DNA from: Bdellovibrionales bacterium
GTDB taxonomy: Bacteria > Bdellovibrionota > Bdellovibrionia > Bdellovibrionales > JAEYZS01
Length of the DNA: 46,492 nt
Direction: 5' to 3'
Assembly (NCBI GenBank): GCA_031374125.1
Contig: JANMFM010000048.1
Location: forward strand, 1-46,492
Under the pieces are notes generated by a model. The model did not search any database. It was given only the letters and a program-made list of their open reading frames with translations, and had not been told where the DNA came from. A program made the position numbers and the translations under genes. This document shows positions 25,036 to 33,780 of this stretch, one piece after another; positions within the stretch are counted from its first letter, which is position 1, and the number at the start of each line of letters is the position of its first letter.

Positions 25036-26109
25036 TCAAGGGAGTGGTTTGCAAGTGAGCTGTGGACGGATCAGAGTGGCGTAGATTTGATTCGTCTTAG
25101 ATCTATTCGATACATAGAAAAGGGATTTTCCTTCTGGACCAAAGGTGGGATGAGATTCATCAGCGCCATGAAAAGAAAATCTTGTCGCACATTTTTCAGC
25201 GAAGTCGACTTGGTAGACATCTTTATTTTTTGGATCTTCCAGATTTGAAACTACTAAGAATCTCATTTCTTTTGGATGGAGTTCGACGTCAGAATAAGAG
25301 TTTTTTTCATTTCCGGTGTAAACAACTTCGTTACCTTTTAATTTCTTAACGGTAAGCTTTTCGTTTTCGCTATCCGTCTTGTAGGTCCAGGCAATTAAGG
25401 TTTCTGAAACACTCAGAGATAGAATTTTTATTTTCTCGCTGTGAATTATTTTTTTACCGCCTGACTTTAAATTGAATTCAAAAATTTGAGATTGTCCCTT
25501 GTCTCTTTTTACATAGAAAATTTTATCTCCATCTCTTGAGAAAGTAGCAAGCCCATCAAATCCTTTTTCACTAGTGATTCTCTTAATGTCCGAGCCATCC
25601 TCGGCTGAAATATAAACATCTTGTGGGTAATTAGAATTTTGATTTGTTTCCGGAACCTTCATTCCAAGATCTTTCATGGCAGGGACTACATCAACTTTTT
25701 CAATTATTTCATCTGAAGAACTAGAGTATACGATCCAAGTTTTGAGAGGATGGTATTGAGGATTGTGATTCTCGCCCAAATTAAAAGAAATTCTTCTTTC
25801 TGTTTTATCCACTAAATTTCTCTCATAAACTTGCGGAGTTCTATGCTCTTTTGGATTATCACGAATAAAAACCAATTTGTTGGCAGAAGGTGAGAAGTAG
25901 GCTTCTGTGTTCTGACCTAAGCGACTCATTTGATGAATTTCGCCCTCGAGAGAGTCGAAGTAGATCAAGTCTGAAGTATCAGAGTTTTTTTGTTTAGCAG
26001 AACAGGCAATAAAAGAACTTAAAATAGCAAAAAGAACTAAATATACTTTAATGCCTTTTGAATAAGAGAAGCCGGATTGATTTTTACTATTTGATTTTTT
26101 GAAATCCAT
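25036..26109 (-). CDS. TolB-like beta-propeller lipoprotein
   Basis: It has the lipobox SSFIAC. WD40-like/TolB-type blades recur: P.FSP...L.F and F....D....IY/VY (SPSANKLVFI, YHPLKTWIVYSS, FSRDGDKIFYV, FGPEGKSLFYVSNR). The listed start overlaps the mutY 3' end by 73 nt. Confidence 0.65.
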   Translation of the reverse strand: MDFKKSNSKNQSGFSYSKGIKVYLVLFAILSSFIACSAKQKNSDTSDLIYFDSLEGEIHQMSRLGQNTEAYFSPSANKLVFIRDNPKEHRTPQVYERNLVDKTERRISFNLGENHNPQYHPLKTWIVYSSSSDEIIEKVDVVPAMKDLGMKVPETNQNSNYPQDVYISAEDGSDIKRITSEKGFDGLATFSRDGDKIFYVKRDKGQSQIFEFNLKSGGKKIIHSEKIKILSLSVSETLIAWTYKTDSENEKLTVKKLKGNEVVYTGNEKNSYSDVELHPKEMRFLVVSNLEDPKNKDVYQVDFAEKCATRFSFHGADESHPTFGPEGKSLFYVSNRSKTNQIYATLIRPQLTCKPLP

Positions 26110-27041
26110 TTCATTTGATCCCCACTAGTGCCTCTTGGTACTAGTAATTTATCTTTAGTTTTTGATGTCTTTATATTCAGTTTAACGTAAATCTCATGAT
26201 GAGTTATATTATGCTTGTAATTATAAATTTTAGGAGCTGTTTTTGATTTTTTAACGCGCCCAGGGAAAATCATTTTTCCTTTTAAAAATGAAGCATAATT
26301 ATTTTTAGTAAATCCAATCTTTCCGTTTTGAATATAAATGTCGGGTTCCCAAATCCAAACTTCTAATTTTTTACGGTCTTTTTTGAGAGGTAGTTTTTCT
26401 TGCAAGTTTTGTGCATAAGCGGTGCAACCGCTGCGAACGGGGCAGAGCAGGCACGAAGGAGATCGTGGCGTGCAAATCGTGGCGCCAATTTCGATCAATG
26501 CTTGATTCATTTCCGAAGAATCAAAGTCTAAAACCCATTGGTCAGCTTCTCTTTGCAAAATAGCACGAGAAGAATTCTCCCACCACGGAACTGCTAATCC
26601 ATGAAAGCGTGATAAAAATCGAATGACGTTGCCATCGAGCACACCAGTGTTATCACTGAAGGCAAAACTTGCCACTGCACGAGCTGTATAGGGACCAAAT
26701 CCTGGATATGCCATCAGTTCTATATGTGTTTTAGGGAAACCAGTTTCAGAAAGTTGTTTTGCCGCCTTGTGAAGATTGTCGGCGCGAGAATAATAACCAA
26801 GTCCCGCCCAATAAGTATAAACTTCTTTGATAGAAGCTTGGCTTAATGATTTTACGGTTGGAAATTTTTTTAAGAATTTTTCGTAATAAGGAATTACGGC
26901 TTTCACAGTGGTTTGTTGAAGCATCACTTCGGAGATCCAAATTTTGTAAGGATCAGAGGTATTGCGCCACGGAAGGTCCCGTTTATTCTCATTGTACCAA
27001 TCCAGAAGATTTTTCCGTTTGGGCTGGGTTTTATGCTTCAT
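26037..27041 (-). CDS. mutY: A/G-specific adenine DNA glycosylase
   Basis: It has WISEVMLQQT, an HhH region and the Fe-S loop CTPRSPSCLLCPVRSGC (C-x6-C-x2-C-x5-C). It also has a C-terminal MutT-like domain. Confidence 0.9.
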   Translation of the reverse strand: MKHKTQPKRKNLLDWYNENKRDLPWRNTSDPYKIWISEVMLQQTTVKAVIPYYEKFLKKFPTVKSLSQASIKEVYTYWAGLGYYSRADNLHKAAKQLSETGFPKTHIELMAYPGFGPYTARAVASFAFSDNTGVLDGNVIRFLSRFHGLAVPWWENSSRAILQREADQWVLDFDSSEMNQALIEIGATICTPRSPSCLLCPVRSGCTAYAQNLQEKLPLKKDRKKLEVWIWEPDIYIQNGKIGFTKNNYASFLKGKMIFPGRVKKSKTAPKIYNYKHNITHHEIYVKLNIKTSKTKDKLLVPRGTSGDQMKWISKNQIVKINPASLIQKALKYI

Positions 27042-27129
27042 GAGACATTCTATATGACCAAAAACTCATTGTTTCAACTAGATTGGTGGGATAGATTTGA
27101 TGTCGTTAAGACGAATAAAAGGACAAGAA

Positions 27130-28059
27130 ATGGAATATAAGCAAATATCGGGAAGAGAGTTCCCTAGATTTTCAGCAATTAAAACATTTTTCAGAATGCC
27201 TCACGTGGCCATCGATGCCGACTATGATGTTGGTATTTTTGGAACTCCTTTTGATGGTGGTGTGAGTTACCGTCCCGGAGCAAGATTTGCCCCTTCGGCA
27301 ATTCGTGAAATGTCTTCGCTTGGCCGTGGTTATCATTGGACAAGAGGAATTGATTTTACCAAAAAAATAAAAGTAGCAGATATTGGTGATGTTTCAGTAG
27401 TTCCAGTTTCTCTAGAAAAAACATACGAAAATATCGAATTCCATGTGATGAAACTTTTAAAATTAAAAAGGAGGTTCATTTCTGTGGGCGGCGATCACTC
27501 GACAACACTTCCAATTTTACGAGCACTAAAAAAATCTTTAGGTACTCCTGTTAACTTTGTTCACTTCGATGCACATCTAGATACTTATCCGGCAGCATGG
27601 GATTGCGAATACCATCACGGATCGTTTGCAAGACACGCAGTTGAAGAAGGATTGGTAGATCCAAAGAACATGATTCAAATCGGAATCAGAGGACCACTTG
27701 CTGCTGGTGAAGATTTAGATTTTGTGAACAAACACGGAATCACCGTGAAAACTGTCGATGATGTGAGAGCGGGAAGTCTAAAAGAATTTTGCAATTCATT
27801 ACCAGTATTAAAAGGCCCTACATACATCAGCTTCGATATTGATTGTTTAGATCCAGCATATGCCCCAGGCACAGGAACTCCGGTTCCAGGCGGATTAACA
27901 ACTTACGAAACGCAAAATATTTTGAGATCACTAAAGATTGATAATCTAGTGGGCGCAGACATCGTAGAAGTTTGTCCAGCCTACGATCCATCACAGATCA
28001 CAAGTATGGCAGCCGTAGACACAATGTTCGAAATGCTCAGCTTAATGGCCAATAAATAA
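27130..28059 (+). CDS. speB: agmatinase (ureohydrolase family)
   Basis: It has the Mn-binding motifs GGDHS, FDAHLD and SFDIDCLDP. The start is placed at ATG 27130, 7 nt after AAAGGA; ATG 27100 is an alternative. Confidence 0.88.
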   Translation: MEYKQISGREFPRFSAIKTFFRMPHVAIDADYDVGIFGTPFDGGVSYRPGARFAPSAIREMSSLGRGYHWTRGIDFTKKIKVADIGDVSVVPVSLEKTYENIEFHVMKLLKLKRRFISVGGDHSTTLPILRALKKSLGTPVNFVHFDAHLDTYPAAWDCEYHHGSFARHAVEEGLVDPKNMIQIGIRGPLAAGEDLDFVNKHGITVKTVDDVRAGSLKEFCNSLPVLKGPTYISFDIDCLDPAYAPGTGTPVPGGLTTYETQNILRSLKIDNLVGADIVEVCPAYDPSQITSMAAVDTMFEMLSLMANK

Positions 28060-28209
28060 TTTTTGCGTCAAGTGTTTGTCTTTATTCCGAATTTCCGGAT
28101 GCAGATCCGGATAGCGAATATATTGTTGAAACAAATCAATCTATTTGGAATATTCCTTGGCATGGAACATGCAACTTTTGAAGACATTTTGAAAAAGCAC
28201 GGAGTAAAA

Positions 28210-28533
28210 ATGTCATCGGAAACAAATAACCAATCAACTAAATATCCTGAAAGAGCTGCTGAAGTGTACGTAACACAAAAGATGCTGTACGGAGTTCGAG
28301 ATGAGCTCAAAACTTTTACAAAATCCAATATTAGGCGAGTTGAATCCCAACTTGAAGGACTCAAATCAGAAATGCATCATTTGGGTGTGATTATAGAAGA
28401 ACAGAATGCAAAGAATAATGTCGTACTAGATAATCTAAGTCACCTTTGGAATAGACAAGATCGAGTCGAAAATACATTGGAAGAAATTAAAAATCTAATT
28501 CAATTAATTCCTCAAAATTTAATTAAAAAGTGA
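28210..28533 (+). CDS. hypothetical coiled-coil protein
   Basis: GGAG lies 5 nt upstream of ATG 28210. The product MSSETNNQS... has heptad-like regions (VESQLEGLKSEMHHLG, VENTLEEIKNLIQ). Longer versions starting at 28162 or 28063 are possible. Confidence 0.45.
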   Translation: MSSETNNQSTKYPERAAEVYVTQKMLYGVRDELKTFTKSNIRRVESQLEGLKSEMHHLGVIIEEQNAKNNVVLDNLSHLWNRQDRVENTLEEIKNLIQLIPQNLIKK

Positions 28534-28785
28534 TTCGACTGTCCGGTAGATAAGAGCTCTAGTTACAGGAAGACTAAGTAACTATTAAACTTAAAACATC
28601 TAAAGTAATCTTAAAATCGCTGGGGGAATCTGCGATTATGAAATTGCGTTCGTGAGATTTGGTGGCTAGCGCAAATATAGCCAATCTTAGACTCTTGGAG
28701 ATTTGAATCGTGACTCAGGTAGTTATCGAGTGACAGGTTTCTTTTGCTCCCAGATTCTTACTGGCAAATAACAAGGGGCAAACAA

Positions 28786-29163
28786 ATGAAAATATTAATT
28801 TTTTCTGCAATTACTTTTTCTTTTTTAACTGCTAATGCAGATCCAAACTGTAAAGAACTTTCTTCTTATGTTGGAAAATATAAAATGATTAGCAAGACGT
28901 GCGATAATAAAATTGCAGGAGATGAGCTGTCTGTAGAGTTACAAGATAAATCGTATATGCTCACAACAGATGGATTGTTTATCGGAGTTAACACAGGCTC
29001 TGGGATGATTGATACATGTACATTAAGTTCTGATGGAGTTACTGTGCAAACATGCGCTAATTCTACGACTTGTTTACCTCAGCATTGGTATTATCAATTT
29101 TCGGGAAAACACCTGACGTTTTCAGCAAAAGGTTGTCAGGCCAATTATAATAAACTTGATTAA
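28786..29163 (+). CDS. small exported six-cysteine protein
   Basis: The signal peptide is MKILIFSAITFSFLTANA|DPNCKEL. The mature ~107-aa part has six Cys. A good terminator follows. Confidence 0.6.
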   Translation: MKILIFSAITFSFLTANADPNCKELSSYVGKYKMISKTCDNKIAGDELSVELQDKSYMLTTDGLFIGVNTGSGMIDTCTLSSDGVTVQTCANSTTCLPQHWYYQFSGKHLTFSAKGCQANYNKLD

Positions 29164-29197
29164 TAACCCTTGTAAAACAGCCAAATAGAAATCAACT

Positions 29198-29232
29198 AAC
29201 CTTCGTAGATCGATACGGAGGTTTTGTTTTTT
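29198..29232 (+). terminator. Rho-independent terminator
   Basis: AACCTTCGTA-gatcga-TACGGAGGTT forms a 10-bp stem with one G-U pair. It is followed by TTGTTTTTT. Confidence 0.65.
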
Positions 29233-29247
29233 GCATTTAGTTAATTA

Positions 29248-30069
29248 CTAACCCCTTTTTTGCTTCCAAGGATCTCCAGGTATCAGGCTAATAACATTTT
29301 TAATTAAATCTTCATAAGCATTTTTTAGGTCAAATGAATCTCCTGAAATTAAAAGTGAGGATATATCAGCAGAAAAATCTGGGTCCTTCATTTTTTCAAA
29401 AAGATTCTTCTCAAAGTTAGCTCTTGAAACGGAATTATCCTCGTGATTCATGTAAGCCAAAAAGCATTCAACGATCTGTTTGGATGAGATATTAGGAAAG
29501 TCATCGTAAACTTTTTGAAAATCAAATAGGTCCCGCCCTTTTTTTCTTTGATACAAAGCTCTAAGCTTGGTTCCCATGATTTCTTCAATCTCAAATGTTG
29601 TAATATCTGCTTTTCCTTTAAACCAAGAGCTATCTACCTCAAATGGGACGTACTTGTATCCCAAAACAGAAAAGTGCTCAGAGCTATTGATTTCTATTTT
29701 TAGTTTCATGCTTTTCTTTGGCGCATTTTCTGATAGGTATTTATATCTCAAGGTAACCCGGCCTTTCTTTTGATCCACGGTGGGTTTTCCAAGCCATCCA
29801 TCCAATTTTTTTCGAATAACGGTTATAACAGAACCGATTTTTGCTTTTGTAATTTGAACCAAGTCAATATCTTCAGAGTATCTCTGAGGTGTTTTAAAAA
29901 ATATTTTTTGTAAAGATGTCCCACCTCGAAATGATAGAGAATCTTGAATGATTCCATCTGAGTAAAGCTCACACAAAGCCCTACTGATAATGAGATCTTG
30001 TTCAACTTGGTGGTCATCTATCCAAGGAGCGTGTTCTCGCCATTCTGTAATAAAAGAAGAAGGGATCAT
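29248..30069 (-). CDS. abiEii: AbiEii/AbiGii-family nucleotidyltransferase toxin (DUF1814), type IV toxin-antitoxin
   Basis: It has the pol-beta NTase motif FRGGTSLQKIF...RYSEDIDLV (G[GS]-x-DxD). Its 273-aa size fits the family. It overlaps the upstream AbiEi-like gene by 4 nt. Confidence 0.8.
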   Translation of the reverse strand: MIPSSFITEWREHAPWIDDHQVEQDLIISRALCELYSDGIIQDSLSFRGGTSLQKIFFKTPQRYSEDIDLVQITKAKIGSVITVIRKKLDGWLGKPTVDQKKGRVTLRYKYLSENAPKKSMKLKIEINSSEHFSVLGYKYVPFEVDSSWFKGKADITTFEIEEIMGTKLRALYQRKKGRDLFDFQKVYDDFPNISSKQIVECFLAYMNHEDNSVSRANFEKNLFEKMKDPDFSADISSLLISGDSFDLKNAYEDLIKNVISLIPGDPWKQKRG

Positions 30070-30881
30070 ACTTCGTCAGCCTCAATTTTTGTATTGATTA
30101 GTATTTTCCATTTGTCATTTTTTTTCAAAATTTTTCCTGAGGCGCTAGGTTGCAACTTTACAAAACTTGTATCTTGCTCTAATAGCCATTCTTTGATTTT
30201 TAAAGAACATTTTTTTTCACCAGTAAATTCGAGCAAATAACCAAGTCGTTGTACAAACGAAAGATCTTTGGATTGCTTACAAAGCTTTATCATTTCGGAT
30301 ACTTTTAATTTACCTTTTAATTCTGCAAAAACGGTTGCGACATGATTCAGTCCGCCAGCTCTTTTGCAGTAATGGATGAGATCAAAGGCGGTCATTTCAG
30401 GTGTTGATACATTAATTTGTCCGGTAGGTACATTTATTTTTTCTATAGGTGAATTTTTAATATTCTTCTTAGTAAAGAATTTTATTTTTACTCGGCCAAA
30501 TGTAATTGTTCTTAATGGTCTCAGAGTCATGATTTGTAATTCTTGAGCAGCTTGATGAGTGGCTCCGTGATAAGTGGCCGCAGAAAGTAACCCTACATAA
30601 TAGGGTATATTGTGGTATTTCATTAGATTATCAATATACATTGTCGGAGGTAGCACTTTATTTAATTGATACTCGATAGGAATAATCACATAAAATCCAT
30701 TAGAAATTTTTTGAATTTTCCCCTTTTTAGATAAGCGAAAAATAAATTGGCGAAAAGCATTTTCGCTTATATTAATGGATGTAATAATCTCTTCTTTAGT
30801 AAAAGTAATGCGCCCTTTTTTTTGAAAATTCTCAAGTAATCCTATCAGATTAGTTTTTGATACTTTATTTACCATGTGCAT
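30066..30881 (-). CDS. abiEi: AbiEi-family antitoxin / transcriptional autoregulator (N-terminal wHTH)
   Basis: The 271-aa gene sits directly upstream of and coupled to the DUF1814 toxin gene. Its N-terminus is winged-helix-like (ITFTKEEIITSINISENAFRQFIFRLSKKGKIQKISNGFY). Palindromic repeats lie immediately upstream. Confidence 0.7.
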   Translation of the reverse strand: MHMVNKVSKTNLIGLLENFQKKGRITFTKEEIITSINISENAFRQFIFRLSKKGKIQKISNGFYVIIPIEYQLNKVLPPTMYIDNLMKYHNIPYYVGLLSAATYHGATHQAAQELQIMTLRPLRTITFGRVKIKFFTKKNIKNSPIEKINVPTGQINVSTPEMTAFDLIHYCKRAGGLNHVATVFAELKGKLKVSEMIKLCKQSKDLSFVQRLGYLLEFTGEKKCSLKIKEWLLEQDTSFVKLQPSASGKILKKNDKWKILINTKIEADEV

Positions 30882-30884
30882 ATT

Positions 30885-30957
30885 GTTACGTTTTTCGTAA
30901 CTATATGCAAACTATATAATTCACATAACGTTACGTTTTTCGTAACGTTATGTGAAT
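30885..30957. promoter_or_regulatory. abiE promoter/operator: two copies of palindrome GTTACG-TTTTT-CGTAAC, the distal one extended to 17-bp arms
   Basis: Copy 1 is at 30885-30901, 4 nt upstream of the abiEi ATG. Copy 2 is at 30930-30946, embedded in the perfect inverted repeat 30919-30935 / 30941-30957 (ATTCACATAACGTTACG ttttt CGTAACGTTATGTGAAT). Confidence 0.6.
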
Positions 30958-31067
30958 ATCAAAATGAAACAAATCATGATTAAATCAATAAAAACAAATA
31001 GATAGGATGATGGAGGTAGGCCTTAAAAACTACGTTTAGGTAAATAGCAAAATGCAGGAGCATAACT

Positions 31068-33758
31068 TTAATATTGAATCAGTGAATCCATTTTCTTTTT
31101 AGCTTGATCTAAAGCGCTCAAAGTTGGTGCGGAGCCTTGAGCAAGGTCAGGTTTTCCGCCGCCCTTACCGCCGAGAATCTGATTCACTTCTTGTAGGATT
31201 TTTCCTGCGTTGTACTTCGTAGTTAAGTTCTTTGTTACACTTACGATGACAGGACAGCCTTCAGAGCCTTCGCCAACGGCAAGAACAATTCCAGATTGAA
31301 TTTTGTTTCTAAGTTTTTCAGAAAAATCTGTAATAAATTTTCTGTCGTCAGTGTCAATCTTAACGAAGATATAAGTTCCATCTGAAAATTTCTTTCCAGT
31401 CGATGCAATCTTATCCACATCGTAGTTTTTAGATAGGGATTCCATAAAGATTTTCTTTGCCTCTTTAACCGCCGCATCTTTTTCAGAAATCACATTTTGA
31501 AGTTTAGAAACTGTTTTTGAGTCAGCACCAGATTGAATATTAGCAACGTCAGCAAAGCTCTCATCGATTTTTAAGCTGGCTTTCACTTCGTCATAGATCT
31601 TTTCGATATTTTGTAAATAACTGATCGCTTTAGTTCCGGTGACCGCTTCAATACGTCTTACGCCTTTAGCAATGCCGGTTTCAGAAGAAATTTTGAAAAG
31701 TCTAATTTGTGCAGTATTTGAAACATGAGTTCCTCCGCAAAGTTCTGCTGAGAAATCCCCCATTTTTAAAACACGAACTTCATCGCCATACTTCTCGCCG
31801 AACAACGCCATAACTCCCGCATCGATAGCTTTTTTGTAAGGCATAACTTCCGGTTTAATTTCATGGGCCAAACCAATTTGTTCATTCACAAGCTCTTCGA
31901 TCTTTGCGATTTCTTCGTCCGCTACGGGTTTGTCGTGAGTGAAGTCAAATCTTGTACGATTTGCATCCACATGCGATCCCGCTTGAGTCACGTGAGTTCC
32001 AAGAACTTGTCTGAGAGCTGCGTGCATTAAGTGAGTAGCAGAGTGATTGCTTTGAGTTTCTCTTCTTGTGGAACTTGAAACTTCCAAGTGAACCGAGTCA
32101 CCAGTCTTCAATTCACCTTCAGTGATTGTGATAGAGTGAAAGAATGCATTTCCGATTTTAATACAATTTGTAACTTCAAATTTAGTCTTTAGAGAATTTC
32201 CGGCAGATGATTTTCCGTGACCAACATCACCAACTTGACCGCCGCCTTCTGCATAGAACGGAGTTTTATCCGTCACTAGAAGTCCGTCAGTAGCTCCAAG
32301 TTTTTCTACGATCTTCTGACCATCGGATAGAGCTAAAACTTTGCCGTCAGCAGATAGAGAAGAATAACCAACAAATTCCGTAGCTTTGATCTTCTGAGAG
32401 TGTGCGATCAAGTGACCTTGATCAATAGCCAGCGCTTGGCCTTTCCACGAAGCTTGAGATCTCTTTCTCGCTTCATCCATGTTCTTTTCAAAACCAGCTT
32501 CGTCGAACTGAATATTTTGTTCGTCGCTCATAAGTCTTGTTAAGTCTGCAGGGAATCCGTAAGTGTCATAGAGTTTAAATGCAAATTCACCAGGAAGAGT
32601 ATTCTTCCTATCCTTTTTTAATTTTGCGATTTCTTTATTAAATATCTCAGTTCCTAGATCCAAAGTTTTTAGGAATGATTCTTCTTCAGACTTTACAGTC
32701 TTTAAAATTAAATTCTTTTGTTGAGTCAATTCCGGATAGGCTTTGCCCATCACTGAAATTAATTCCTCCACTACTGGAGTAAGAATAGATTGATCAAGAG
32801 ATAATTTTCTTCCGAATCTAATTCCGCGGCGAAGAATACGTCTTAAAACATATCCTCTGCCATCATTCGTAGGCATTACTCCATCAGCGATCAAGAATGC
32901 CGCGGCTCTTGAGTGATCAGCGATAACTCTGAATGCAGTATCCAATTCTTTATCTGTATTGTATTTTTTGTCAGAGATTTTTGCGGCCTTTTGAATCAAA
33001 GGTTGGAAAAGATCGGTGTCGTAGTTCATGTACACACCTTGCATAACTGCGGCGATTCTCTCGAGTCCTGCGCCGGTATCAACAGAAGGTTTTGGAAGTG
33101 GGTTTAATTTTCCAGGAGATTCTTCGAAGTATTGCATAAACACCAAGTTCCAGATCTCTACAAATCTTTGATCGTCTTCGCCGAACTTTGCATTGGGATT
33201 TCCAGATTGACCTGCTGATGGGCCGTGATCGTAGAAAATTTCTGTGCAAGGTCCGCAAGGTCCCGTGTCGCCCATTCTCCAGAAGTTGTCTTTTTCACCA
33301 AGTCTAAAAATTCTATCTTTGGGAACACCTTCTTGTTGGTGCCAGATTTCCGCGGCTTCATCATCTGTTTCAAAAACAGTCACATAAAGTTTTTCTTTTG
33401 GAATTTTTAATTCGTTTGTTAAAAAATCCCAAGCAAAACGAATTGCATCTTTTTTGAAATAATCACCAAACGAAAAATTACCCAGCATTTCAAAGAACGT
33501 ATGATGGCGTGCTGTGACTCCAACTTGTTCCAGGTCATTGTGCTTTCCGCCAGCTCTCACGCACTTTTGAGAAGTTGTAGCACGCACGTAATCTCGTTTG
33601 TCATAACCCAAGAAAACATTTTTAAATTGGTTCATCCCAGCGTTCGTAAAAAGAATTGTATTGTCGCCTTCAGGAATAAGTTTTGAGCTCGAAACAATCG
33701 TGTGCTTGTTTTTTTCGAAATACTTTAAGAATTTTTCTCTAATCTCAACACTTTTCAT
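31068..33758 (-). CDS. alaS: alanine--tRNA ligase
   Basis: The 896-aa product has class II motifs (FTNAGMNQFK, RHHTFFEMLGNFSFGDYFK), the editing-domain HxxxH/CxxxH signatures (HSATHLMH, CGGTHV) and a C-terminal DHHA1-like domain. Confidence 0.97.
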   Translation of the reverse strand: MKSVEIREKFLKYFEKNKHTIVSSSKLIPEGDNTILFTNAGMNQFKNVFLGYDKRDYVRATTSQKCVRAGGKHNDLEQVGVTARHHTFFEMLGNFSFGDYFKKDAIRFAWDFLTNELKIPKEKLYVTVFETDDEAAEIWHQQEGVPKDRIFRLGEKDNFWRMGDTGPCGPCTEIFYDHGPSAGQSGNPNAKFGEDDQRFVEIWNLVFMQYFEESPGKLNPLPKPSVDTGAGLERIAAVMQGVYMNYDTDLFQPLIQKAAKISDKKYNTDKELDTAFRVIADHSRAAAFLIADGVMPTNDGRGYVLRRILRRGIRFGRKLSLDQSILTPVVEELISVMGKAYPELTQQKNLILKTVKSEEESFLKTLDLGTEIFNKEIAKLKKDRKNTLPGEFAFKLYDTYGFPADLTRLMSDEQNIQFDEAGFEKNMDEARKRSQASWKGQALAIDQGHLIAHSQKIKATEFVGYSSLSADGKVLALSDGQKIVEKLGATDGLLVTDKTPFYAEGGGQVGDVGHGKSSAGNSLKTKFEVTNCIKIGNAFFHSITITEGELKTGDSVHLEVSSSTRRETQSNHSATHLMHAALRQVLGTHVTQAGSHVDANRTRFDFTHDKPVADEEIAKIEELVNEQIGLAHEIKPEVMPYKKAIDAGVMALFGEKYGDEVRVLKMGDFSAELCGGTHVSNTAQIRLFKISSETGIAKGVRRIEAVTGTKAISYLQNIEKIYDEVKASLKIDESFADVANIQSGADSKTVSKLQNVISEKDAAVKEAKKIFMESLSKNYDVDKIASTGKKFSDGTYIFVKIDTDDRKFITDFSEKLRNKIQSGIVLAVGEGSEGCPVIVSVTKNLTTKYNAGKILQEVNQILGGKGGGKPDLAQGSAPTLSALDQAKKKMDSLIQY

Positions 33759-33780
33759 GTTCTGGCTTTCTCTATGGTAA

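Noticed and set aside
28534-28785. I examined the 250-nt gene-free spacer in the islet as a possible tRNA remnant, att site or small RNA.
   Set aside because: It contains only short 6-bp hairpins (AATCGC...GCGATT, TGGCTA...TAGCCA). It has no tRNA-like 3' fragment and no repeat matching the other islet border (30958-31067) beyond an 8-mer.
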